DNA from: a virus
Taxonomy: Duplodnaviria; Caudoviricetes
Strand: one strand, 5' to 3'
IMG/VR virus record: IMGVR_UViG_3300035208_004516
Location: 1 to 64,000 of that record
DNA: 64,000 nt
Under the pieces are notes generated by a model, which was not told the DNA's origin, did no database searches, and worked only from the letters and a program-made list of their open reading frames with translations. This document shows, in pieces, positions 11,515-22,902 of the stretch. Position 1 is the stretch's first letter. Each line of letters opens with the position of its first letter. Position numbers and translations under genes: made by a program.

Positions 11515-12354
11515 ATGAAAAAAGCATTATTAATGGGAATTAATAGATACAGAATACCAAGAAGTGATTTAAAAGGGTGTGTTAATGATATAAAAACAAT
11601 GTTATCAATATTGACTGAAAAATTTGGTTTTGATATAAAAAATATTACAACTTTAACTGATTTTCAATGCACTACCAAAGATATGAAATTTAATATAGAA
11701 AAAATTTGTTATGATGTTAAACCTGAAGATGTTATATATATTCAATATTCTGGACATGGAAGTTCTATAGTTGATATAGATAAAGATGAAGCTGATGGAG
11801 TAGATGAAATAATAATACCTACAGATATTGATTGGAAAAAAAATATAATAACTGATGATTATTTATATTCTGTTTTTAGTAAAGTTAATCCTCAAACAGA
11901 ATTAGTATTTCACTCAGATAGTTGTCATTCTGGTTCTTTATTAAGAGTGGCTCCTGGACATTATTTATCTCCTAGATATTTAAATCCACCTATTGAAATA
12001 TTAGAAAAAATCGCAAAAATCAAATCTCAAATATATGATAATGATGCACAAATGGCACAACTTGCTAGTAATCAGAAAAAAGAAGATTTTAATAAAAGAA
12101 ATGGAATATTATTGAGCGGATGTTCTAGTACAGAAACTAGTGCAGATAGCATAATGGATAATAAGTACCAAGGGGCATTTACATTTGCATTAGCTAATAT
12201 TCTTAAAAATAATAATTATGATATTACATATTTTGATTTAATAAATAAAACTAATATATTATTACAGAAATTAGGATATTCTCAACATCCTCAATTAGAA
12301 GCAAAAGACGAATTGTTAAATATGAAATTTCTCAGAGGACCTGTTAAAAAATGA
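11515..12354 (+). CDS. Metacaspase / peptidase C14
   Basis: KKALLMGIN.Y, LKGCVND, YSGHG and DSCHSG catalytic dyad, GAFT, Q.PQL. Confidence 0.92.
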   Translation: MKKALLMGINRYRIPRSDLKGCVNDIKTMLSILTEKFGFDIKNITTLTDFQCTTKDMKFNIEKICYDVKPEDVIYIQYSGHGSSIVDIDKDEADGVDEIIIPTDIDWKKNIITDDYLYSVFSKVNPQTELVFHSDSCHSGSLLRVAPGHYLSPRYLNPPIEILEKIAKIKSQIYDNDAQMAQLASNQKKEDFNKRNGILLSGCSSTETSADSIMDNKYQGAFTFALANILKNNNYDITYFDLINKTNILLQKLGYSQHPQLEAKDELLNMKFLRGPVKK

Positions 12355-13520
12355 TATGTTTATTATGTAATAAAGAGTTTAAAAATACAATATCATTAAG
12401 TAATCATATTATACAGACTCATAAAATAAAAATAAAAAGTTATTATGATCAATACTTGAAAAATAATCAAATTGGTATATGTTTATCATGTAAAGGCATT
12501 ACTAAATTTACAGGTATTATTTCTGGATATAATAAATTTTGTAATAATAGATGTAAATCAAATTATGAGGTGGGTATACCAAAAAAATTAAATAAAAAAT
12601 ATGATAAAATGTCATGTCAAATATGTCATAAAGAATATAATGGATCAATGGGCATATCATCTCACATTGTGCAGATTCATAAAATATCAGTTAAAGAATA
12701 TTATGATAAGTTTGTACGAAAACCAAGTGAAGGGTTTTGTAAAAAATGCGGTAATCCTACTAGATATCATGGAGGATTTAATGGTTATAGTATAAATTGT
12801 AGCATCAAATGTGCACGTAAACATACTTCAACATATAAACCAACTAGAGAATATATTTTATGTCAGATATGCGATAAAAAATTTCATGGATATGAAGGTA
12901 TTGTTGCACACTGCAGAAGGTCTCATAATATATCATCAAAAGAGTATTATGATAAATATATAAAAAAAGAAAATGATGGTATATGTCTAGAATGTAAAAA
13001 ATCAACAAAATTTACAGATTTAGGTCATGGTTATAATGAATTTTGTAGTAATACTTGTGCAAATACAAGTAAAATAGTTCAAGAAAGAAAAAAAATTACA
13101 TCTAATATTCATTATAATAAAAATAATTTTAGTCAAACTACCAAAGGAAGATATATTTCTAGAACTACAGCATTTAATATGGTAAAAATACAATATTTAA
13201 ATAATGAACCTACTACTCCAAGAATAGGAACTAATGAACGAGTATGTCTGAATGAACTTCAAAATTACATCTTATATAGAATTGAACGTAATTCTCAAAT
13301 AATCGGATATTTTCCGGATGGATATATAAACGAATTGAATCTTATAATTGAATTTGATGAATCTCATCATTATGTAAATGGGCAACTGCACCCTAAAGAT
13401 ATTCAAAGAGAACATGATTTGAAACAAGAATTGAATTGTGACTTTTTTAGAATAAAAGAAAAAGATTGGTTGAACAATAAAGAATTAATAATTGAAAATT
13501 TTAAAAAATTTTTAAAATAA
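12351..13520 (+). CDS. Zn-finger repeat protein with C-terminal DUF559/Vsr-like endonuclease (homing endonuclease-like)
   Basis: Three C..C...H...H-YYD-C..C...FC...C modules; YFPDGY...IIEFDE.HH...D..R. Confidence 0.75.
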   Translation: MICLLCNKEFKNTISLSNHIIQTHKIKIKSYYDQYLKNNQIGICLSCKGITKFTGIISGYNKFCNNRCKSNYEVGIPKKLNKKYDKMSCQICHKEYNGSMGISSHIVQIHKISVKEYYDKFVRKPSEGFCKKCGNPTRYHGGFNGYSINCSIKCARKHTSTYKPTREYILCQICDKKFHGYEGIVAHCRRSHNISSKEYYDKYIKKENDGICLECKKSTKFTDLGHGYNEFCSNTCANTSKIVQERKKITSNIHYNKNNFSQTTKGRYISRTTAFNMVKIQYLNNEPTTPRIGTNERVCLNELQNYILYRIERNSQIIGYFPDGYINELNLIIEFDESHHYVNGQLHPKDIQREHDLKQELNCDFFRIKEKDWLNNKELIIENFKKFLK

Positions 13521-13529
13521 AGGAAAGTA

Positions 13530-14030
13530 ATGAAATCTATAGATACATTTTTATTAGAACAAGAAGAAAAAATATCTACAGGGGAATCTTGTAAAGCATT
13601 AGTTAAAATGGGAGATCATATTCTCATTCTTCGAATTAATGAAGATCATGGCGGAGCAGGTATGTGGGATATTCCTGGAGGTAGATCTGAAGGTGAAGAA
13701 ACTAAAGAAAATACTTTAGTAAGAGAGATCTTCGAAGAAACAAATTTGACTGTTTCTGATATAAAAAAAATAGATTCTATAAAATTAGTTATTCCAGAAC
13801 GTGGTATAGATTTAAAAGTTCATATTTTTAAATGTAATGCTGAACATTCTGATATTCAATTAAAACCATCTGCTTGGAGTGATCCTACTTCTCAAGTTCC
13901 ATTTATGTGGGGTGGAGAACAAGCACCATCTGAGCACAGCGAATATAAATGGATAGAATATAAAACAGAATTGAAAAATTTACCAATGTTAGATGTATTT
14001 AAAAATTTATTAATGAAACATTTAAAATAA
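13530..14030 (+). CDS. NUDIX hydrolase
   Basis: Nudix box WDIPGGRSEGEET...REIFEETNL. Confidence 0.9.
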   Translation: MKSIDTFLLEQEEKISTGESCKALVKMGDHILILRINEDHGGAGMWDIPGGRSEGEETKENTLVREIFEETNLTVSDIKKIDSIKLVIPERGIDLKVHIFKCNAEHSDIQLKPSAWSDPTSQVPFMWGGEQAPSEHSEYKWIEYKTELKNLPMLDVFKNLLMKHLK

Positions 14031-14093
14031 GATTTAGATTATTATCAAGAACAAATTAAAAAATACTTATATAGAAAAGTTAAAAAGGAGTAA

Positions 14094-14621
14094 ATGAATA
14101 TGTCAGTCATTCCAGAAATAAATGGAAGGTCGCAAGTAATAATGCAACCTGAAGCACAAGTGGCTATTCCTATAGTTAGTAATCCACGCACAAATAATAA
14201 TATCACTCTTTCTCAGAATATGAAATTGAGAATTGATCATAATGGAATAGTAGAAATAGAAAGTACTTTTGCATCCGCAAGAGAATATACAGAAGTAACA
14301 TGTACTGAAGCATTAGCTACTCAGTATGGATTAGCTGATGAGTGGATAGGTGAAACTATTAGCATATCAGTAGAAGCTGCTGCTAATACATTTCCTTTAG
14401 CATCTACTTCAACAGGGGATACTGATTTAACTCCGGCAAATGACGCAATGGAAGAAGATGAAAATGATTTCAATACTACTTTTTATAAAAATCTTCCTGG
14501 AAAAATGGGTGGCCCAGCTATGACAGATAGAAATTTCTTAACTGGTTCAGCAGAACAAACTAGAGGTGCTGAAGTTCCTGGTGATTTTGAAGATGAATTA
14601 AGTAGCTCAACAAGTATATAA
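14094..14621 (+). CDS. Putative virion protein, paralog of 14630..15055
   Basis: Acidic; shares LPG...GP.MT..N.L and terminal SSSTSI with the next gene; promoter motif upstream. Confidence 0.45.
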   Translation: MNMSVIPEINGRSQVIMQPEAQVAIPIVSNPRTNNNITLSQNMKLRIDHNGIVEIESTFASAREYTEVTCTEALATQYGLADEWIGETISISVEAAANTFPLASTSTGDTDLTPANDAMEEDENDFNTTFYKNLPGKMGGPAMTDRNFLTGSAEQTRGAEVPGDFEDELSSSTSI

Positions 14622-14629
14622 TATTTAAA

Positions 14630-15055
14630 ATGTCAATAATAAATTATATTCCTAATTACGATGGAGACATCACTGCAATTCCTACAGCTGGAATTGACCC
14701 GTTGACAGAAAATGATATCAGAATAGATAAATATAAACAATATGCGTTAGAACATTTAGAAGTATTAATTCTGAATGCAAATTCCTGGGGAAGTGAATGG
14801 TGGATTGATGAAGTCATAGGAGAATTAAGTTCGTCGACTTCCCCAGAATACCCAATGGCAGAAATTGATGTAGTTGATCCTACAGACAATGATGCATTAA
14901 TTATTGCTCATATTTTAGATCCGATGTTGAAAAATCATCTTCCTGGATCAAAATCCGGACCTATAATGACATCTGAGAATTATTTGTCATTATCTAGTCA
15001 TGGAGATTTGGATATTCCAGGAGATCTAAATATATCATCTAGTACTTCAATATAA
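14630..15055 (+). CDS. Putative virion protein, paralog of 14094..14621
   Basis: LPGSKSGPIMTSENYL...PGD..ISSSTSI. Confidence 0.45.
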   Translation: MSIINYIPNYDGDITAIPTAGIDPLTENDIRIDKYKQYALEHLEVLILNANSWGSEWWIDEVIGELSSSTSPEYPMAEIDVVDPTDNDALIIAHILDPMLKNHLPGSKSGPIMTSENYLSLSSHGDLDIPGDLNISSSTSI

Positions 15056-15350
15056 TTAAAACTGAATCTAAGGAGATTAATTATTTATGAGTTTTTTTTC
15101 TTTCAACATTTCAGATATAATTTCTAGTTTATGCAAAATAGGAGCTTCTTTGAGTGAACAACAATTGATTGCTTTAAAGTGGAGATTGTCTGAAAATGGA
15201 CAAAAAAATTATACTAGAGAAGAAACTAACAAATTTTACACAGCTTTAAGAAGTGGTGATACCACTGTATTAGATTTAATGAAAAAAGAAAGACAAAATT
15301 TGATTAATGATTTAAAAAATGAAATTGATTTTTATAATACAGGAGTTTAA

Positions 15351-15773
15351 ATGAAAACTAAATATTTTCAAATGGTGATTTTTTCTTGTGTATTATTAAT
15401 GTTTATTATTTTATCAATAGATATTAGTGCCGAAGAAAAAGGATTATTTTTTAACAAACCGAAACCAGATACTGAAATAGTTGATTTAGTAGAAGAAGTT
15501 TTAAATGCGACAGATAAAACTTATAAATTATATAAAGAAACAGAAATTAAAACTAATAAAGGTTTTGTAAAATTTTCTAGTGATTATTATATAGTTTCTC
15601 AAGATTACATTATTGAACATACGAAAAATCAAAATGATCTTATTTTATCATTAAATAAAATTTCTAATTTAAAATTTATTAATGAAAAATTGAAAATAGC
15701 TAGTATAACATGTTCTATATTGACACTAAGTTTTTTTATTATGATTGTTCTTTTATCTAGAAAGAGAGGTTGA
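15351..15773 (+). CDS. Membrane protein (signal/TM at N-terminus, TM at C-terminus)
   Basis: Hydrophobic segments at both ends. Confidence 0.5.
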   Translation: MKTKYFQMVIFSCVLLMFIILSIDISAEEKGLFFNKPKPDTEIVDLVEEVLNATDKTYKLYKETEIKTNKGFVKFSSDYYIVSQDYIIEHTKNQNDLILSLNKISNLKFINEKLKIASITCSILTLSFFIMIVLLSRKRG

Positions 15774-15776
15774 TAT

Positions 15777-16094
15777 ATGAATATTTCCTCATCATGTTAT
15801 TGTGATGAATGTATAAAAAATAAATCTATAGATAGAGCTCCAGCTTATTGGATAATTTTTACAAAGATTTCTAGTGGAAGATTTGTTCTTACAGTTATAG
15901 CTGCAATATGTTTTCTTGTCATTGTTATTAAAATGATGAATATACTTGGATCTAAAATAGAAGAATTAGATACTGGACAAATATTATTATTTGTAAGCAA
16001 TTTAGCTTTAGTTATTCAAAATGTATTTAATTCCTACTTTACTAAAAAAAGAGGAGATTCGGTTGATGGAGACACCCCCGGAAAAACCCAATAA
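15777..16094 (+). CDS. Small two-TM membrane protein, holin-like
   Basis: Two hydrophobic helices and a charged C-terminal tail. Confidence 0.35.
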   Translation: MNISSSCYCDECIKNKSIDRAPAYWIIFTKISSGRFVLTVIAAICFLVIVIKMMNILGSKIEELDTGQILLFVSNLALVIQNVFNSYFTKKRGDSVDGDTPGKTQ

Positions 16095-17042
16095 TAAAAA
16101 ATCTCAAGAGAGTATTAAAAGTTTTTTTGATAAAGTTAAACAACAAAAACAAGAAAATTTTCAAAAATTAAAAAAAAAGTTAAAAGTTGATGATAGTGAT
16201 GAGCTTGATAATACTAAAATAAATTTTTTTAGTGAACTTGATAAAGAGAAAAAAAATAAAGAAAAAAAACAACAAGAACGAAAAATAGAATTACAAGATA
16301 TAACAACTGAACAAAGATTTGTAACAAATGTGGTTAGATTATCTTTGGGCGGAACTGCAACTAAAGAACAATCCAAAGATATAATTAAAAATACTAAACA
16401 GCAATTTGAAAAAATAGAAAATGAAATAACTCAGCAACGAGATAAACTTAAAGAAATATATTCTACTTTTTTATTTGAAAAGAAATGTAATTGTGTATAT
16501 GTATTCTCACATATTACAGAATCTGGAGAATATGTATCAACATGTCAATTCTGCTCAAGAATTAAAAAATGGGATCCTTTTCAATGGTGCAAATACAATT
16601 TAGCTAAGCTTGGTCGTATTTATTAAATCTTTCAACTTATTATATATTTTGCAAAAGTATAATAATTGAGTTTTTAACTTTAAAGAAAATTGTTCGATGT
16701 TATTATGTTCAAATTGAAATTGTTTCAAATGATATAATATGTTACTTGATAATAAGCTTAAAGTAATAGCAAAAGGAAGTGTATTTTTTTCGAGTATCCA
16801 ACTATCTATATTCTCATCTTGTAAATGGGAAGAATATCTATTTAGGTCATCTATTGTGCTTATATTATCAGTAGTTGATATATGATCACATATTTCTTTA
16901 CTATCAATATATAATTTTTCTAAAATTTCTAATAATTGATTAGACATGGAATTAGATTCTCCAGATAGTCTTATGAATTCTCCAGAGTTTATAGAAAAAT
17001 TTAATATGGGGGAATATAATTCAGGATCTATCATTTGACATT

Positions 17043-17528
17043 TCATTTAAACTCCTTTTTTTCCCAAGGAAATACTATCCAATTTTCATTTTCTAAAATA
17101 ATTCCTGCAGCATCTGGGATCCATATTGTTTTAGATATAGTTGTACATGTAATAATAGATATTTCTTTCAAAGTTGCAGTTGCTCTAAGTTGTAACATTT
17201 TTTTACATCTGACTAATGTATTTCCAGAATCACTAATATCATCTACTAATAAAATATTTTTAAAATTTATAATAGATTCAATCATAGATATTGATATATA
17301 AGGATCTACTTTAGTTTGGGAATAACCACCCACTTCATAAGTTCTATAAGGTAAAAATATAACTTCGCTTGATAAATAATAATCAGATAACAATCTAGTT
17401 GGGATCATTCCTCCTCTACCAACGCAAATTAATACATCTGGTTTAAAATTCAATTTTGTTAATTTTGAATTAATATTATCTACACTTTGTTCCATATCTT
17501 CCCAAGTTAAAAACGTTTTATTAGGCAT
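17043..17528 (-). CDS. Type I phosphoribosyltransferase
   Basis: VGRGG, PRPP-binding ILLVDDISDSGNT, WIVFPWE. Confidence 0.9.
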   Translation of the reverse strand: MPNKTFLTWEDMEQSVDNINSKLTKLNFKPDVLICVGRGGMIPTRLLSDYYLSSEVIFLPYRTYEVGGYSQTKVDPYISISMIESIINFKNILLVDDISDSGNTLVRCKKMLQLRATATLKEISIITCTTISKTIWIPDAAGIILENENWIVFPWEKKEFK

Positions 17529-18256
17529 ATAATTTCCTTTTATATTACTTCCTGTAACGGAATATTTGATTTATAAAATAGAGATGTTTTATCTATAGAT
17601 TCTATTTTATTTACAGGTACTGCTGATGATACAGATGATTTTCTATATATTGCTCCTGAACTCGTTTTGAATTTTCTACCTATTATAATTTTATCAAAAG
17701 TAGTAGTTTTATTTCTAATCATTTTTTACATCCTTTTTATCGATCATGCTATCAAGAATCTTTTTTTCTTTTTTAGATATTGGTGTAATTTTTTCTAAAC
17801 CATTTTCTATATTTTTACAAGTTTTGCACATAGTAGCAATTCCATCTTTTACAAAAGTTCCCCAAGCTAAACATTTAGGACATTTTAAAGTGTTATTATA
17901 GGTATCTTCTTTGTTCTGAACATTGTTATTTGTACTATTTTGAACTTTATCTGTAGCATTGGGGGGATTGCTTTTTTGAATAAATTTTTTAAATATTTCC
18001 TTCATGCATTCTTTTTCTTCTTCTGGAGGATTGAAATAATCAAATTGATCTTTTAAATCTTCTTCCGTACAAAGACAACGATTAAAAAATAAATAATTTT
18101 TTTTATTTGAATCTATTTTATCATCTAAAGATAAAACAATATGTCCAGATAAATCTAGTTGATATTCTGTTTCGGGGCCAACTATAATATGAATTACATT
18201 GGTTTCATTGGTAGATTCTCTAAAAACTATCATACATAAAGTCTCCTTTAAAATTT

Positions 18257-18685
18257 TTAAACATAATATACAATTCTAGATAAAGAACCGTGGATATTAG
18301 TATCTAAACATAAATATATTTTCCATAATATAGAAATGGGACACTGATTAGAATCTAAAGAACTAATTCTAAAAATTCTAATTTTACAATTATCATTTGG
18401 AATACAGAAGTTTTCTAAATTACTAGTCACAGTCATATATATTGTAGATGACCAAGTTTTTTCTAAATTAATTAAATCAGATGCTTGTCTCCAAGATTCT
18501 TGCTTTATAGTTTGATTAGTATATTCTTTGATTTTAGTGTTCAATTTATCAATTATATTTTCATTTTCTTCTGATATGCATTTAAATCCAGTCCAAATTT
18601 TTTGATCTGTTGTTATTAACACAACTTCATCTAATTTTGAATTGAATATAAATCCATTAGCTATTTTTACATTTTTATCAGACAT
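18257..18685 (-). CDS. Degenerate NUDIX-like protein
   Basis: GFIFNSKLDEVVLI...W.G resembles phage NUDIX N-termini; Nudix box eroded. Confidence 0.3.
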   Translation of the reverse strand: MSDKNVKIANGFIFNSKLDEVVLITTDQKIWTGFKCISEENENIIDKLNTKIKEYTNQTIKQESWRQASDLINLEKTWSSTIYMTVTSNLENFCIPNDNCKIRIFRISSLDSNQCPISILWKIYLCLDTNIHGSLSRIVYYV

Positions 18686-20914
18686 AATAATAATACCCTT
18701 TTATTCCCAGTTTAAGCCGTTATAACAATACTTGTTTGTGATTAATAACCTAGTATTGAATTATAATAATAACAAGTCATAATACTTGAACTTTAGTTAT
18801 TTCTTCTTAAATAAGAGTTCTTCTAAAATCTTAGTTAGCATTTCTTCATAATTCAAAGTGTTTGCTAAATCTTTTTGGTATAATTCATCTGATACTGATG
18901 GAACTTCTATAGATGAACGTTTACCAGAAAGTTTCTTACTAGCGTCTTTAGCTGGACTTTTATAGTCAAATAAAGATTCTTTTATATTTTTCATTTTTTA
19001 ATTTTTGTTCAGTTATTTGTATTTATTATACAACCAGTACAATTCTTCTCGATCATTTTCAGCTTCTTCTTTAGTATTATATTTAAGTTCATAATACACT
19101 TCTATATTATGATCTATCGTTTTTACAAAAAATACATAATATTTGAAATCTTTTATATATGTATATTCTAGTTTGTCATATATAATAGTTATTTCAGCAA
19201 TGTAATTAACTGGTATATATTTTTTAATTTTTGAATCATTATCTGAAAATCCATAATCAGTTTTCTCTATATATGAATCATTTATCTCATACCATAGATC
19301 ACAATTTCGGTTAATAATTTCACAATAGCATGTATTAATTAAAAGTGAAAATATTAAAATGAATTTATTCATTTATTGGAACTGTAGGAATTACTGGTTG
19401 AGTAGTTGAAATTTGTTTTTGCAATTCAATATATATTTTTTCAGATAAACCTTCTTTTTTCATTATTTCTAAATTTTGTGCTTTATCACCTTTGCCAGAT
19501 AACCAATATTTATTTAAAAGACCATTATCTTTAGTATTTCTTGATGAAATTTCACTTTTAATTTTATCTATATCTGATTGAGTTATTCCTAATTTATCTA
19601 TTAATATTTTTTCCAATATTTCTATATATGTATCTGTCTCTGCTCGGGCTTGATTTATTTGAGCTTTAAACGACATAAATATTTTAGAAACTGTATCATT
19701 CATTATATCAGCTACCCAACCTTTTTTTGCTGATTGTTTTCTAATTATTGTGTCCTTGTTCATTTTTCTCCTTTTTAATATTGTAATATTTTTTGTGCTA
19801 ATTGATATGAAAATAATATATTCATCTGCTTACTGTCGAAAACATCATTTAAATTTTCAACTAAATTAATGCTAATATTTTTTAATGTATCTATATAATT
19901 TGGATAATATGTGTATACCATTGAAATTCTATAATGAATTAATAATTTCAAAATATGCACTGGAATTATATCTAATAACATATCTTCTATAGTTACAGTT
20001 TCATTTTGAATTAGTATATGTTTAGTATTAGTGTCAAAATAAGTTATAGATTTAAAATATGGTTCCGTATAAGATGTGTATCGGAATTGTTTTAAAATTG
20101 TTTTTCTCCATATATTTCTTTTACTAGTTGATATAGTTGAAAATATAGATTTATGTTCAGTATTTAAGAAATTTAAACTTTCTTTAATTTTTAATATGTG
20201 ATGATTTTCTGATTGATGATATATTATGTGGTTATTGTCATATTTCGTTATTATTAGTAACGAAGATCTTTGATGAGCATAAAATGTCAAATCGTCTATA
20301 TTTTTTTTATTCGAAAAAATATCAAAAGCCGAAAATTTCAAAATATTACTCATTTAATAATTTCTCACTTAATAAATAATCTTTTAAACCTTCATCTTCT
20401 AAAACTTTTAAAAATTCATCATCATCTGAAAATATATAGCAAAATTTTAAAGATTCAGTTTTTAATAATGTTTGCATAATTCGTATCATTTCTAAAATAG
20501 AGTAATTTGATATTAAAGCTTTTCTAAATTCTTTATTTTTACAAATATAAGCGTGTTCATTTACAAGTTCTTTCAGAGGAACTACTAATGGAGGTGGGGT
20601 TGTTGATTGAGATAATACTGAATTAGTTGATATACGAGATTTAATATTCTTAAAATTTTCTAGAATCATAATTTCATCATTGTTCAATTTAAATATTAGA
20701 TGTTTAAATTCATTATCTCTAATATAATTTATCAATGTATCTTCAGTATTTTGACAATCACAATACAAAATTTCGAAATTAGAAATTTTTAAAACATTTC
20801 CCATAATGAAACATCTCCTTTAATAATATATTTTATTCTTTGAATCGAATTAGTGATACATTATATGAGTTACTTTTTTGAAAAACTGAATTAAAATAAA
20901 AGGAGATATTACCT

Positions 20915-21307
20915 ATGAAATTTCGATCTGGATTTGTATCTAATAGTAGTTCTTGTTCTTTTGTAATAGCAATTGCTAAAATTAAAGATGAGAAAAAATT
21001 TCAAACGTGGTTAAAAAACCACAAACACGATGATATAGAAGTATGTGATCATAAAGGAGATTTGTTTGTAGAATCTTTTAATGGTTGTATTGTATCGATT
21101 CCGAAAGATAAAATTACAGATGGAGTATATGTAAAATATTATCATGGAGAAGATATTTATCCAAACGAAGATGGAGATTGTGATTATAATGTGGGGTTAA
21201 TCGATTTTAATAGTGAAGTTGAAACTATTGTTAATGATATAACTGATGAGTCATCTGAGATATTTGAACTTGGTAATTATGATTGTGGAGCAGGCTATAA
21301 TGGATAA
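20915..21307 (+). CDS. Hypothetical protein of the MKxRxGFVSNSSS family common in large phages
   Basis: N-terminus MKFRSGFVSNSSSCSFVI. Confidence 0.6.
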   Translation: MKFRSGFVSNSSSCSFVIAIAKIKDEKKFQTWLKNHKHDDIEVCDHKGDLFVESFNGCIVSIPKDKITDGVYVKYYHGEDIYPNEDGDCDYNVGLIDFNSEVETIVNDITDESSEIFELGNYDCGAGYNG

Positions 21308-22902
21308 AACTATTTTAATAAAATTGTAATAAAGGAGATTAATATATGATAATTAGCGAATTAATAACTTTACTTAAAGATGCTCAGAAATTAAGAGGTG
21401 ATGCAAGATTATATAATGCAGAATCATCTAAAGAATTTAATGGTGAACTAATTATGAACTATTTTAATGGTAAATTGGAAATACTTGATAAAAATTATAG
21501 AATGGATTGATAATATGTTATTAATGTAGTTGCGGAGGAAAAGGATTAACTAAAGATCATCCACTCTGAACAGATTCATGTTTTAGAAAATTAGCGACAG
21601 GAAAATTAATTCCTTCAAATTTCAGAACAGAATCCCGTTATTTAGAAAATTCAAATAGTATTGATTTAGATATGTGCGATGTGAATGATGACAGTATAAC
21701 AGTTTTTACTTTGAAGCAACAAAGAATGTATCATCAACATGAAACTGGAGAATGGTCATTGCCTAAAGATGAATCTAGTACTAATTCCTTAGAAGGGAAT
21801 TATTAGTGAAATTATTAACAGTTGTAACTAAATATGATGAAGAATTGAATTGTATCTTGATAAAAATAACATATCAGACACATAGAAATTCATATTTCGG
21901 TTTAAATTCTAGAGATTTTAAAACTGATGATGGATTCGTCTTTGTTTCTGATTTATACCCCAGAGTAGATATTGATAATAATATATTTTATGTCAGAGGA
22001 TCAAATTATTCATTAGATAATAAAATAGAAATTTTAAGTAATAATACCAAACATAAAAATTATATTATGTCTTTACAAACAGCTGTTAACAATTATAATG
22101 TATTTTTCATGAATCATGTTTCACATGAGTGTTCTACATCATCATGTATTATAGGTGGTAAATGTATATTAAATGATATTAAAATTTCTCAAAATAAAAC
22201 ATGTTTAAATTATAAAAAGAAATCATCCTAATTTAATTCCATTTTTCATTAATATACAAAATTCATCTTGTTCTCGATTTTGATTTAGTGTTAATAATTC
22301 TTTTGCTAAATCTTCTTTTGATGCTTTTTTAAATTCATTGTATGTTTTGATTAATTTTAATTGTTCTCGACGTCTGTAATTTAAATATATAGAAATTGGA
22401 TAGCAATAGTCGCATAAAGGAAAATTGATGGTTCCATCAATAGATTCAAAATAATTATCTACATTTAAGTCGGATATTTGAATTGTAAATTTGCAAGCAA
22501 TACAATTGTATGATTGTATAATTTTGTTACATCTAGAACAACATTTTGAATTATCAATTAATTTTAAAATTATTTTTGTATCTAAATTTGAATTAAATAA
22601 TTCTTGATAATCCGATAAATCTATATTAATACTTAAAAAATCATCCATAACTTATAAATCTCCTTATTGATATTTATTCAATTGTTTTTTAACACATACT
22701 TTACCAGAAAGGAAACCATATGAATGGAAAAGGAAGTAAACGAAGACCATATGATATAACTAAATATGATGAAAATTATGATAAAATTTTCAAAAAAATA
22801 AAACAAGAAAAAATTGAACTGGTTGAATTATTAAAAATTGAAGATCAAATTGAAACTGTAATGGGTAGTAAAAGAGAATGATTATTGAACAAAATTTAAA
22901 AT

